Part shown: piece by piece, positions 1-9,124 of the stretch
Position numbering within the stretch: the stretch's first letter is position 1
Layout of the letters: each line of letters begins with the position of its first letter
Source of the DNA: Lentimicrobiaceae bacterium
GTDB taxonomy: Bacteria; Bacteroidota; Bacteroidia; Bacteroidales; JALOCA01
Reading direction: 5' to 3'
NCBI GenBank assembly: GCA_023227965.1
Contig: JALOCA010000002.1
Coordinates: forward strand, 65,457-129,456
Length of the DNA stretch: 64,000 nucleotides
Notes under the pieces: model-generated
Told to the model about the DNA's origin: nothing
The model's input: the letters and a program-made list of their open reading frames with translations, nothing else
The model's database searches: none
Program-made: the position numbers and the translations under genes

Positions 1-802
1 ATATTTCTTTAAATACTGATTTTTCAATTTTTTCGCAGGCACTTGCCGATAAAACGGGATGGGTAACAAATGCCCGCACACTTGAAGCTCCGTTTTCTTC
101 CATCAGTTTGGCTGCTTTGGTAAGGGTAGTAGCTGTATCTACAATATCATCCAGTAAAATAACGTCTTTTCCTTTTACATCGCCTATGAGTGCCATGTCG
201 TCAATCTGGTTGGGTTTAGTACGTTGTTTATAACAAATAACAAAAGGTACTTCCATAATCTTTGCATAAGCGGCTGCCCTGCGGGTACCCCCGGTATCGG
301 GAGAAGCAAACACAAGGTTTGGTATGTGCATTTGCCTTATGTAGGGAATAAAAATTGAGGAAGCAAACAGATGATCAACCGGAAGGTCGAAAAATCCCTG
401 AATTTGGTCGGCATGTAAATCAATGGTAATAATACGGTTTACTCCAGCAGCAGTAATCAGGTTTGCAACTAATTTGGCGGCAATAGATACACGGGGCTTG
501 TCCTTGCGGTCCTGGCGGGCAAAACCAAAATAAGGAATTACGGCAACAATATGTTTTGCCGATGCCCTTTTGGCAGCATCTACCATTAGCAGCAATTCAA
601 AAAGGTTATCTGAAGGCGGAAAAGTGGACTGAATGATGAAAATATCGTTTCCCCGGATGTTTTCCTCATAAGAGGGTTGAAATTCACCATCCGAAAAATC
701 GGTAAATTTTACATCACCTAATTTTTTTCCATAGCTTACTGCAATTTTTTCGGAAAGATAGCGGGTAGCCCTTCCTGAAAAAATGTTGACCATAGTTGCC
801 AT
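1..802 (-). CDS. prs: ribose-phosphate pyrophosphokinase (5' part; the 3' end lies beyond the left window edge)
   Basis: The reverse-complement translation from the ATG at 802 reads MATMVNIFSGRATRYLSEKIA...VIPYFGFARQDRKDKPRVSIAAKL...IDLHADQIQGFFDLPVDHL...ASPDTGGTRRA...LLDDIVDTATTL. These are the classic Prs motifs. The frame stays open to base 1. The gene is missing from the ORF track because it is truncated. Confidence 0.9.
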   Translation of the reverse strand, partial: MATMVNIFSGRATRYLSEKIAVSYGKKLGDVKFTDFSDGEFQPSYEENIRGNDIFIIQSTFPPSDNLFELLLMVDAAKRASAKHIVAVIPYFGFARQDRKDKPRVSIAAKLVANLITAAGVNRIITIDLHADQIQGFFDLPVDHLFASSIFIPYIRQMHIPNLVFASPDTGGTRRAAAYAKIMEVPFVICYKQRTKPNQIDDMALIGDVKGKDVILLDDIVDTATTLTKAAKLMEENGASSVRAFVTHPVLSASACEKIEKSVFKEI

Positions 803-952
803 TTTATACCAATTTTAATAATGCTTTATCCGTATTTTGAGGGCACAAAAGTAATAAATTTTAATTACCCTGCAAAAATAGCACGATATAATTCAATACA
901 TTAAATTAAAATATTTCCCCATTGCAAAAACTTGCAGTAACAAAAAAAACTG

Positions 953-960
953 TATATTTG
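953..960 (+). promoter_or_regulatory. candidate Bacteroidetes-type -7 promoter element (TAtaTTTG) for tRNA-Leu
   Basis: tatatttg matches TAnnTTTG 23 nt upstream of the tRNA 5' end. A TTG at 932-934 sits 18 nt further upstream and could serve as the -33 element. Confidence 0.4.
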
Positions 961-983
961 CTGCCCTTTTCGCTCTTTACCAT

Positions 984-1067
984 GCCCGGATGGCGGAATA
1001 GGTAGACGCGTTGGTCTCAAAAACCAATGAGGTAACACTCGTGCCGGTTCGATTCCGGCTCCGGGTA
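984..1067 (+). tRNA. tRNA-Leu (anticodon CAA)
   Basis: Hand-folded cloverleaf. The acceptor GCCCGGA pairs with TCCGGGT, giving a G1-U72 wobble. The D-arm TGGCGGAATAGGTAGACGCG is Leu-type. The anticodon stem TTGGT/ACCAA carries the loop CTCAAAA, so the anticodon is CAA. There is a long variable arm and a T-arm GCCGG-TTCGATT-CCGGC. The discriminator is A and CCA is not encoded. Confidence 0.9.
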
Positions 1068-1078
1068 CACATTGATAG

Positions 1079-1107
1079 AGCTTTCTTGTTTTCAGGAAAG
1101 CTTTTTT
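1079..1107 (+). terminator. rho-independent terminator after tRNA-Leu
   Basis: The stem AGCTTTC (1079-1085) pairs with GAAAGCT (1096-1102) around a 10-nt loop. The 3' arm runs into a T tract at 1102-1107. Confidence 0.65.
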
Positions 1108-1185
1108 AATTGGAATACATTTTTTAGTTGCGAAAACATTTGCCTACTTTTACCCGTTATTGTATCTTCTAAAAATTCATAATAT

Positions 1186-2760
1186 ATGGGAAATAAAAAA
1201 TTTTCAGTGTATTTGCCCATTCTACTTGCCCTTATGCTGGCTACCGGAATATTTATTGGCAATTCTCTTAACAAACAGAGAGATGCAGGAAGAAAAGACA
1301 AAATCACAAATGTATTACAATATATTTCAGAAGAATATGTAGATACGGTTAACAGCGAAAAGTTGGAAGCTTCCGCTATCGAAGGTATGCTTGAAAGCCT
1401 GGATCCACATTCGCAATACATTACTGCAGAAGATTTCAAAGAAGCTAACGACCCGTTGATGGGTAAATTTGAAGGGATAGGCATACAGTTCAGGATAGAA
1501 AAAGACACCATTTTCGTGGTGAATACTATACCCGGAGGACCGTCGGAAAAAGTGGGGATAATGGCTGGCGACCGTATCGTAAAAGTAGATGGCAAAAATG
1601 TAGCCGGAATGAAAATTACCGAACGTGAAGTGATGAAAAAGCTGAAAGGTCCCCGTGGAACCAAGGTGAAAGCAAGTATTTTACGTCGCGGAATTCACGG
1701 ACTCGCTGACTACACCATCCTGCGTGATGTAATTCCAACCTACAGCATTGACATTGCTTATATGCCCAAACCTGGTATTGGATACATCAAAATCAGCAAG
1801 TTTTCGGCTACTACCCACAAAGAATTCCTGGAAGCTGCCAGCAAATTAAAAGCCGAAGGAATGAAAAAGATGATACTCGATTTAAGAGGCAATTCGGGCG
1901 GTTTTCTGGATGCCGCCATCGGGCTTGCCGACGAATTTCTCCCCAATAAGAAATTGATTGTTTATACGGAAGGGTTACATCAGAAACGGGAAAAAGCCTT
2001 TGCCAGTGGTGAAGGAATTTTTGAAAATGAACCTTTGGTAGTTTTAATTGACGAAGGCTCGGCTTCTGCCAGCGAAATTCTTGCCGGAGCCATCCAGGAC
2101 AACGATCGGGGAACCATCGTCGGACGCCGTTCTTTTGGCAAAGGATTGGTACAGCGTCAGCTTGATTTACCCGATGGGTCTGCCGTTCGCCTTACCATTG
2201 CACGCTACCACACTCCGACAGGCAGATGTATTCAGAAACCTTATAAAAACGGCATTGAACAGTATTATAACGAAGCTTACCAGCGTTACCTTGATGGGGA
2301 AATGGAAAATGCCGACAGCATAAAATTTGAAGATTCTCTCAAATTTAAAACTCCCAAAGGACGTATCGTTTACGGCGGCGGCGGCATTATGCCCGATGTG
2401 TATATCCCCTTAGATAGAAACGAAAATTCTAAGTTTTACATAGGAGTGTTTAATAAGGGATTGGTTTACCAGTATGCCTTTGATTACACCGACAAAAACC
2501 GCAAGGCACTTGGACGTTTTAAAAACTGGCATGATTTTAATGAAAATTTCCAGGTAACTCCCTCTATGTGGAACGAATTTTTACAACTTGCTGCCAAAAA
2601 CAATATTAAAAAGGTTACCAGCGACAAACCTGGCTCCGACGAACGGATTAAGCAGCTCATAAAAGCTTTCATTAGCAGAAATATTCTGGACGACCAGGGA
2701 TTTTATCCCATTTATCTTAAAACGGATAAAACATTTTTGAAAGCAATTGAACTTTTGTAA
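1186..2760 (+). CDS. S41 family C-terminal processing peptidase (Ctp/Prc-like, PDZ-containing)
   Basis: 524 aa with an N-terminal TM or signal segment. A PDZ-like region is present (GIGIQF...GGPSEKVGIMAGDRIVKVDG). The S41 motifs LDLRGNSGGFL, GSASASEILAGA and GKGLVQ are all visible. Confidence 0.9.
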   Translation: MGNKKFSVYLPILLALMLATGIFIGNSLNKQRDAGRKDKITNVLQYISEEYVDTVNSEKLEASAIEGMLESLDPHSQYITAEDFKEANDPLMGKFEGIGIQFRIEKDTIFVVNTIPGGPSEKVGIMAGDRIVKVDGKNVAGMKITEREVMKKLKGPRGTKVKASILRRGIHGLADYTILRDVIPTYSIDIAYMPKPGIGYIKISKFSATTHKEFLEAASKLKAEGMKKMILDLRGNSGGFLDAAIGLADEFLPNKKLIVYTEGLHQKREKAFASGEGIFENEPLVVLIDEGSASASEILAGAIQDNDRGTIVGRRSFGKGLVQRQLDLPDGSAVRLTIARYHTPTGRCIQKPYKNGIEQYYNEAYQRYLDGEMENADSIKFEDSLKFKTPKGRIVYGGGGIMPDVYIPLDRNENSKFYIGVFNKGLVYQYAFDYTDKNRKALGRFKNWHDFNENFQVTPSMWNEFLQLAAKNNIKKVTSDKPGSDERIKQLIKAFISRNILDDQGFYPIYLKTDKTFLKAIELL

Positions 2761-2802
2761 TTTCTTCATGTTTTACAATAAACAACTTTAAATCTTATAA
2801 CT

Positions 2803-3381
2803 ATGCTTTTTGAATTACCTTCTCTTCCTTACGCCATGGATGCTTTGGAACCGTATATTTCCAAAAATACCATTGAGTTTCACTATGGTAAACATCATCA
2901 GGCTTATGTAACCAATCTTAACAAACTGGTTCCCGGTACCGAATTTGAAAACGCCACCCTCGAAGAAATTGTAAAACGTGCTACCGGTGGTATTTTTAAC
3001 AATGGCGCCCAGGTATGGAATCATACTTTTTACTGGAGTTGCTTAGCTCCCAATGCAGGAGGTGAACCTTCCGGTTTGCTTGCCGACAGGATTAATCGCG
3101 ATTTTGGCTCGTTTGCTACTTTTAAAGAAAAATTCAGTGCTGCCGCAGCCACCCTTTTTGGATCTGGCTGGGCATGGCTGGTTAAAAATGCCGATGGCAA
3201 ACTCGAAATTATCCAGGAAAGCAATGCCGGAAATCCTTTGCGAAACGGGTTTATTCCATTGTTAACCTGCGATGTATGGGAACATGCTTATTATCTGGAC
3301 AAACAGAACCGCCGTCCGGATTACATCAGCGATTTCTGGAATCTGATAAACTGGAATACCGTTGCCCAGCACCTAAAATAA
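2803..3381 (+). CDS. sodB: superoxide dismutase, Fe-type
   Basis: 192 aa. Motifs seen are [33 protein letters not shown] (Fe-type signature) and [10 protein letters not shown]. Confidence 0.9.
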   Translation: MLFELPSLPYAMDALEPYISKNTIEFHYGKHHQAYVTNLNKLVPGTEFENATLEEIVKRATGGIFNNGAQVWNHTFYWSCLAPNAGGEPSGLLADRINRDFGSFATFKEKFSAAAATLFGSGWAWLVKNADGKLEIIQESNAGNPLRNGFIPLLTCDVWEHAYYLDKQNRRPDYISDFWNLINWNTVAQHLK

Positions 3382-3526
3382 CATTTTTTAATTAACCCCC
3401 AAAATGAATGAGTCATTGATAATGACTCTGATAAGGCATTTCGGACAAGTACTTGAACTTGAAAAATTCAGTGGTAAAAAAACTGATTATTTGTCAAAGG
3501 TACTTTATATTTTAAATATTATAATA

Positions 3527-4297
3527 CTAAAATAAATTCTTTTTTTGTTGATTATTTTTTGCAATAAAGAATAATAAAATACCCGAAATAAATAAAATAA
3601 TACTAATTATCTGGGATGGTGATAAGGATGAGTTTAAAATTGATCCCCGGTCGTCGCCTCTTAAATATTCCAATAAAAATCTGAAAATTCCATAAAATAT
3701 TAGATAAACTATTGTTCGGTAATTAAATGAAATATATTTAATTAATATAAAAAATAATAAAAAGAGGAATATGCTTTCATATAATTGTGTGGGATGAATT
3801 GGAAGAGCACCTTTATAAAAATCGTAAGGGAGGCTGTTTTTAGGAAATACAACACCGAATATTGAATTTGTAGGGCAACCGAAGCAGCACCCGCCCAAAA
3901 AGCATCCTATTCTGCCAAATGCATGGGCAACAACCAGTGATGGTATCGAAAAGTTAATAAAAAATAAAATATTTAATTTTAAAAAATAAGAAATAAGTAA
4001 AAAAACTAAAATACCTGTAACAAATCCGCCATAAAAAGTTATACCACTTTGCAGAAGATTATGTATGGTAAATGGCTTGTCGTGATGAAATAAAAATTCA
4101 AAAATATCGGCACCTATGAAACCTATAATAAAAGCGCAAATCAACGAAATGTAAAATTGGGACTCAGTTTTTTGCGATATTTTTTCTTTCTTCATCTGGC
4201 TGTCGAGAAATAAAAAGGCAGCAATCATACCTAAACCAAGACATATATTATATGAGCCTATTGAAACATTATCAAATAATTTTATTATTTTTAGCAT
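3527..4297 (-). CDS. lgt: prolipoprotein diacylglyceryl transferase
   Basis: 256 aa polytopic membrane protein carrying FGRIGCFLGGCCFG and HPTQLYES, both typical of Lgt. The gene is visibly poorer in G+C than its neighbours. Confidence 0.85.
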   Translation of the reverse strand: MLKIIKLFDNVSIGSYNICLGLGMIAAFLFLDSQMKKEKISQKTESQFYISLICAFIIGFIGADIFEFLFHHDKPFTIHNLLQSGITFYGGFVTGILVFLLISYFLKLNILFFINFSIPSLVVAHAFGRIGCFLGGCCFGCPTNSIFGVVFPKNSLPYDFYKGALPIHPTQLYESIFLFLLFFILIKYISFNYRTIVYLIFYGIFRFLLEYLRGDDRGSILNSSLSPSQIISIILFISGILLFFIAKNNQQKKNLF

Positions 4298-4366
4298 AGT
4301 GTATTATTAAAAAAAAGAGGTTAATAAAATATTTATCAACCCCTTTCAATTTAAAAAAATACCCGA

Positions 4367-4723
4367 TTAAGGTACGTCAACTTCTTCTTTTTTGGTAATA
4401 GCCATTATACCTCCGATAAGGAAGAGAATAAGCATTGCCAAGTTCCAGAACCATGCAGCAGGGCAAAGGAATATTGCTACTAAAGCTATTACAGCAGCAA
4501 TAATCATGGCTATCCCTGAAATTACGGGCTGTGATTTTGCAAGAATACCAAAAATTAAGCCGATTAAACCTGCTAAAATAACAGCAATCAAGCCGGGTGT
4601 ACCTATGCCAGCAGTAGCTACGGCGCAAACTGCAGAGCACACGATTGATGGAATACTTACAACAAAGCCAATAATTCCAAGAATTAATGGAGCCGTAGAG
4701 GTTCCTTTTACTTGTTTTCCCAT
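4367..4723 (-). CDS. small integral membrane protein, function unknown
   Basis: 118 aa with about four hydrophobic Gly/Ala/Ile-rich helices and a charged tail KKEEVDVP. No catalytic motif is visible. The 115-aa ORF on the opposite strand was judged to be a mirror artefact. Confidence 0.6.
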   Translation of the reverse strand: MGKQVKGTSTAPLILGIIGFVVSIPSIVCSAVCAVATAGIGTPGLIAVILAGLIGLIFGILAKSQPVISGIAMIIAAVIALVAIFLCPAAWFWNLAMLILFLIGGIMAITKKEEVDVP

Positions 4724-5313
4724 AAGTAATGAATTTTAAATTAATTAATCAGTTAATTTATTATTGTTAGTTAATATTAAATTAAAAATATTTTTTATTT
4801 TGATAGTTACCTCTTTAATATATTTAAATAACACTAAATTTGATAATTATAATACAAATAATTTGAAAAATTTGAATTTTATTAAAAAATTAAACAACAA
4901 ATAAGCATTTATAATAATAAAAAAATAGTATTATTATACAATCATTAAAAGTTTAATAAAATATCAACTATTAAAAATTACTTATACAAGCACAAATATA
5001 AAACCTTTTTTAATAATAAATTTCAAAATTTATCTTTTAAAACAAATTTTTTTTGTAACAACTAAAAACCAAGTGCATATTATCACATATAGTATTGTTA
5101 TATAATTAAATAAAAATTAAAAGTTTCATTACCATTTGTATTATTTATAAACATTCTACAAAGTCAAAAAATCAAAAGCACAGATAAACCGCTTATTACG
5201 AAATACTATGTTTTTATTCAAACAATTATTTTGCAGAGAAGATTAGCTATACATAAAAGAATAATAAGGTATATTAACCTGTGAAATTTTTAAATGAACC
5301 TAAATTAGAAAAA

Positions 5314-6330
5314 TTATTTCCCTGGTTTATAATGTGCCTCTGTTAAAATACGTTGCGAATCTTGATTTTTCATCAGTTGCATAGGGGTAACATCTGGATT
5401 GTTTTTCATGTATGCACGGACTATTTGCCATCCTATCCAGTTTCCGGTTTTTGCAGGCGATTCGGTAGAAAAATCAGCAGTAAAAGGTCCATCGGTTACA
5501 AACTTGCTGAAAGCCTGAAAATACGTTGAATACAGTAACTTATTTTCAATCATAAATATCCATATATTTTCCTCATTTTCGAAGCACCATTTCAGTTGCG
5601 AAGAAGTGTATCCTATTTTCACCTCGTCGCTGAGGGCAGGAAGGGTAAGATCGGCAAAATACAGTTTTTTCCCTTCACGTATCATTTCGTCGAGCAGGGT
5701 TTTGTTATCCATATCGGGTATTAAATCGGTGGAAGCAATCTCTTTCATACAATCAGGGAGAATAAATTCGCGACTCATCCGGTTTATTTTATACACAGGA
5801 ATACCTGTTTCGAGATAGGATTTGAATTTTTTACCCAGATACATATCCAATGCAATTATCAAGGTACTGTCAATGTATTTAACAGGGAATTCCACATCGG
5901 CATAATTAGACACATAGGTATAAACAGCAGGTTGTGGTTTGCCGAGAAAATAATGCCTGTAATACCGGAAAGCTTCGGTAAAAGCCAATTCAATACCGGA
6001 AAGATCGGGGTACAATACCTGACAGTACCGGCTTACCTGTATCACCTCGGGATCGGTGATAAAGTCGTGCATTTGCATTAAATTTAAGGTGTCATCCAAA
6101 TCGCCCCCCAAGAAAAACGGAAACTTCGGGGCAAGGGTTTTCAATTGTTCCTGCAAATTACCGGGGTCAACGGTAAAAAGGGCAGAATCAAAACGGAAGA
6201 TGTAAACGGGGATATTTTTAACATCCGAAACATCAACCTTCCCTTTTGTGGAACTTTTGCATCCTGCAATAAAGGCAAAACACAACCCTGCTGCCAGTAA
6301 TAACAGCGGCAGTGTTTTTATTGTTTTCAT
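5314..6330 (-). CDS. gldB: GldB-like gliding-motility lipoprotein (GldB/DUF2268-like)
   Basis: 338 aa with a lipoprotein signal and lipobox (LLLLAAGLCFAFIAG|C). The N-terminal region (IFRFDSALF...LAPKFPFFLG) resembles my recollection of Flavobacterium GldB. This is recognition by memory only. Confidence 0.55.
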   Translation of the reverse strand: MKTIKTLPLLLLAAGLCFAFIAGCKSSTKGKVDVSDVKNIPVYIFRFDSALFTVDPGNLQEQLKTLAPKFPFFLGGDLDDTLNLMQMHDFITDPEVIQVSRYCQVLYPDLSGIELAFTEAFRYYRHYFLGKPQPAVYTYVSNYADVEFPVKYIDSTLIIALDMYLGKKFKSYLETGIPVYKINRMSREFILPDCMKEIASTDLIPDMDNKTLLDEMIREGKKLYFADLTLPALSDEVKIGYTSSQLKWCFENEENIWIFMIENKLLYSTYFQAFSKFVTDGPFTADFSTESPAKTGNWIGWQIVRAYMKNNPDVTPMQLMKNQDSQRILTEAHYKPGK

Positions 6331-6345
6331 AAAGAGACAACTGTT

Positions 6346-6930
6346 TTAGTAAATTTTCCAGCCGAGGCTTACCAAAAAGATATTGTTTTTAAAATCCTGA
6401 TCAGAAGGTTTGTATATATCTTTAACACCCCATTCATAACGAACGTCGAGAGTAAACATCAAAACATCTATGCCTGCACCTGCCTGTATTGCCCAGCTTG
6501 CATCTTCCAAATCATTTTTTGGAAATTTTACACCTGTTTTGGTGTCAATATTCTTATCGTACACAAACGAAGCTACAGGTCCTGCCATCACCCGTAAGTT
6601 GGCAAGCTTGGCATCTGCCAGTTTATAACCAATAAGCAATGGAATATCAACGGTATTCATCGTAATACTGTAATGGGTATCCCCTCCGTCGGCTTTTAAT
6701 TCGCCACCTTTTTTTGTAAAATATATTTCGGGCTGGATGTACATTTTTTTGGCACTTAAGCGACCAAATACTCCAAACTGGTAACCGAGAACAGCATCTT
6801 TTGTTTCATCAACATCACTGTTCAATTTTGAAGATGTAAAACCTGCTTTTATCCCAAAAGATAAAGGATTTTGCGAAAAACCCCATGTTGCTGCAAGCAA
6901 CACTATTGTTAACAAAAAGTATTTTTTCAT
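6346..6930 (-). CDS. outer-membrane beta-barrel protein (PorT/porin-family-like)
   Basis: I take the start at MKKYFLLTIVLLAATWGFSQ, a signal peptide at the internal ATG 6930, rather than the track start at 7020. The sequence shows an alternating beta-strand pattern and ends in an aromatic residue (GWKIY). Confidence 0.65.
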   Translation of the reverse strand: MKKYFLLTIVLLAATWGFSQNPLSFGIKAGFTSSKLNSDVDETKDAVLGYQFGVFGRLSAKKMYIQPEIYFTKKGGELKADGGDTHYSITMNTVDIPLLIGYKLADAKLANLRVMAGPVASFVYDKNIDTKTGVKFPKNDLEDASWAIQAGAGIDVLMFTLDVRYEWGVKDIYKPSDQDFKNNIFLVSLGWKIY

Positions 6931-7107
6931 GGGTATAATTTTATAATAAAGGAAGCCTATTTTAAGTCTTCCTGTTTGTTTCACCTGCAAAGATAATGGA
7001 TTTACACAAATTACTGACAAAACCTATAGGAATAATATTTTAATAAAAAAATCAGGTTGCATAAAAAATTTGTACTTTTATTACGTGAAACTTTAAAATC
7101 ATATACT

Positions 7108-8214
7108 ATGAAAAACAATTATTTTTTAAGAATGCTTTTCCCTGTTTTGTTTCTTGTAATGTTTGGAGCTTCTCCGGTGTTGAAAGCGCAGGAAGAATTT
7201 GCTGATTTTATCAATCAAAGCAAAGAAGATGTGAATACTATTGTGAAAGCATATGGTGGTCCTATGCTGAAAGCCATAGGTAATAACTATAACAATGGAT
7301 GGTACAGTACTGCCGACCCCCTGAACCTCGGACGTTTTGATATCCGTTTTGTGGGAACTGCTTCCTTCTGCCCTAAAAGCGATCAAAGTTTTAATTTTAA
7401 CGATTTAAATCTTCGTTATTTACAAACTGCTCCTGGTTCTCCCGAAAAAGTTCCTACTGTTTTTGGGAAAAAGAATCAGCAGGCAAAAATTCAGGTATTG
7501 GCAAGTGTACCAGGATATGCAGATAGTTTAAAAGTTACGCGTACCCAGGTGATACCAACGGCGGGAATCAATTTTATGCCGGGGATAGTTCCGCAAATCA
7601 ATGTAGGGTTAATAAAAAATACGGAACTTATGCTGCGTTTTCTCCCTGAAATAAAAGTGCCGGTTACGGGCGACCAATCGTTGTACACCAGCTCGTGGGG
7701 ACTGGGAATCAAGCACGACATCAAACAATGGATTCCCTATTTTAAAAAGCTGCCTATCAGTATGTCGGTTTATGCTGCCTATGCAAACACAGGTTTATAC
7801 GCCAAGGGTCCTTTTCTTACCCCAGAAGACCTTCCGGGTGGCTACAACAATCCCGAGCCGAAGGATTATGATGCTCAGAAAATAAATTTTAATACTACTT
7901 CCTGGAATGCCGGAATTATTGTTTCCAAAAAAGTTTCCGTTCTTACTGTGTTTGGAGGAATAAACTTTTCTTCATCCTCAAGCAGTCTCGACATGTCAGG
8001 GTACTATCCTTACGTAAAACCTTTAGAAAATGATGAATATGAAATAGCCCATATCGAAAAACCTGTTGATATAAAAACCAATACTTCGCAATTGGGTATC
8101 AATGCTGGTTTCCGTTTGAAATTAGCCATCGTAAGTCTTACTATCCAGGGCACTTATGCCCCGGGTGGGTACAGTTCGGCTACGGCTGCCCTTGGGTTTG
8201 GCTGGTTTAACTAA
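7108..8214 (+). CDS. secreted or outer-membrane protein of unknown function
   Basis: I take the start at MKNNYFLRMLFPVLFLVMFGASPVLKAQ, a signal peptide at ATG 7108. The protein is beta-rich and ends GFGWFN. I recognise no family. Confidence 0.55.
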   Translation: MKNNYFLRMLFPVLFLVMFGASPVLKAQEEFADFINQSKEDVNTIVKAYGGPMLKAIGNNYNNGWYSTADPLNLGRFDIRFVGTASFCPKSDQSFNFNDLNLRYLQTAPGSPEKVPTVFGKKNQQAKIQVLASVPGYADSLKVTRTQVIPTAGINFMPGIVPQINVGLIKNTELMLRFLPEIKVPVTGDQSLYTSSWGLGIKHDIKQWIPYFKKLPISMSVYAAYANTGLYAKGPFLTPEDLPGGYNNPEPKDYDAQKINFNTTSWNAGIIVSKKVSVLTVFGGINFSSSSSSLDMSGYYPYVKPLENDEYEIAHIEKPVDIKTNTSQLGINAGFRLKLAIVSLTIQGTYAPGGYSSATAALGFGWFN

Positions 8215-8287
8215 GAGACCGATGCCTTTCAGACGATGATAAGGGTATGGTTATTCCTTTATTTATACAACTTCTGGAACTTTATTT

Positions 8288-8295
8288 TATTTTTG
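8288..8295 (+). promoter_or_regulatory. candidate -7 promoter element (TAttTTTG)
   Basis: tatttttg lies 25 nt upstream of ATG 8321. Confidence 0.35.
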
Positions 8296-8320
8296 CTTCC
8301 TTACTTCTAAAATTTTTCAC

Positions 8321-9115
8321 ATGAAACAAATGTATTTAACCCCAGTAAACAAGGATAAAGATTGTTGCAAGCGAGCTACCTCACACCTTATTAATATAAA
8401 CTTACTACGGAAACAACGTAATTACGTTTTGTTTATTCTTATTTTTCTGATGGTGAGTATACATGCCGGGGCGCAAAAGACCAATTATAACCTTGGTTTT
8501 CGTATTGCGCCCAACCTGGGATGGCTGAAACCTGATGCCGAAGATTTTGTGTCAAAGGGTTCACATCTGGGGTTTTCATGGGGCTTCGTCAGCGAATTTG
8601 AACTTACCGAAAACTATTTGCTTGTTACAGGATTTAACGTATTGCAAAACAGGGGAGAATTGAAATACCGTGAGCAAATGGCTATACCTCCCGATTCAAT
8701 TTTGCTTGAAGGCTGGAATCACCGGAAATATTCACTTAAATATTTACAGATTCCTCTTACATTGAAACTTCGCACCAACGAACTTGGATATTTCCGGTAT
8801 TATGGTCAGATTGGACTGGGTACCGGATTTTTAATCTCTGCCAAAACCGATGAAGATTTTTATTCGGGAACGCAAACCAAAGGCAGTGAGAATAAAAATA
8901 TTTATGACGATATTTCAAAAATACGGCTATCACTTCTTCTTGAAGCAGGGGTAGAATATAAAATTGAAGGTTTCAGTACATTGGTTTTTGGTATCCGTTT
9001 CGACAATGGCTTCACCAACGTGCTGTCCTTTGACAATTACTACTTGAATGATGTTGATCCCTTTGCCATTGGCAACACAGTGGAACTCACCCTTGGCATC
9101 CTCATCAACCCATAA
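8321..9115 (+). CDS. outer-membrane beta-barrel protein (PorT/porin-family-like)
   Basis: 264 aa. A hydrophobic signal-like segment FILIFLMVSIHAGAQ follows a basic N-terminus. The rest shows an alternating beta pattern similar to the 6346-6930 product. Confidence 0.6.
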   Translation: MKQMYLTPVNKDKDCCKRATSHLININLLRKQRNYVLFILIFLMVSIHAGAQKTNYNLGFRIAPNLGWLKPDAEDFVSKGSHLGFSWGFVSEFELTENYLLVTGFNVLQNRGELKYREQMAIPPDSILLEGWNHRKYSLKYLQIPLTLKLRTNELGYFRYYGQIGLGTGFLISAKTDEDFYSGTQTKGSENKNIYDDISKIRLSLLLEAGVEYKIEGFSTLVFGIRFDNGFTNVLSFDNYYLNDVDPFAIGNTVELTLGILINP

Positions 9116-9124
9116 TTTTTACAG

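Noticed and set aside
984-1067. tRNA-Leu considered as an integration hotspot for a genomic island.
   Set aside because: No integrase is nearby, I noticed no direct repeat of the tRNA 3' end, and housekeeping genes flank it on both sides.
3409-3429. A GAGTCATT-GAT-AATGACTC hairpin downstream of sodB considered as a terminator.
   Set aside because: The 8-bp stem is perfect, but it is AT-rich with a 3-nt loop and no following T tract. It is not convincing as an intrinsic terminator.
4392-4739. A 115-aa plus-strand ORF mirroring the 4367..4723 membrane-protein gene.
   Set aside because: The minus-strand product has coherent TM helices and a charged tail. The plus-strand product is a Pro/Ile/Ala/Lys-rich mirror translation with no start context.
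4740-5313. The AT-rich spacer considered as a replication origin (oriC).
   Set aside because: No dnaA gene is adjacent, and I find no cluster of TTATCCACA-like boxes. The only near match is a single degenerate one (ttatcacat, about 5079-5087).
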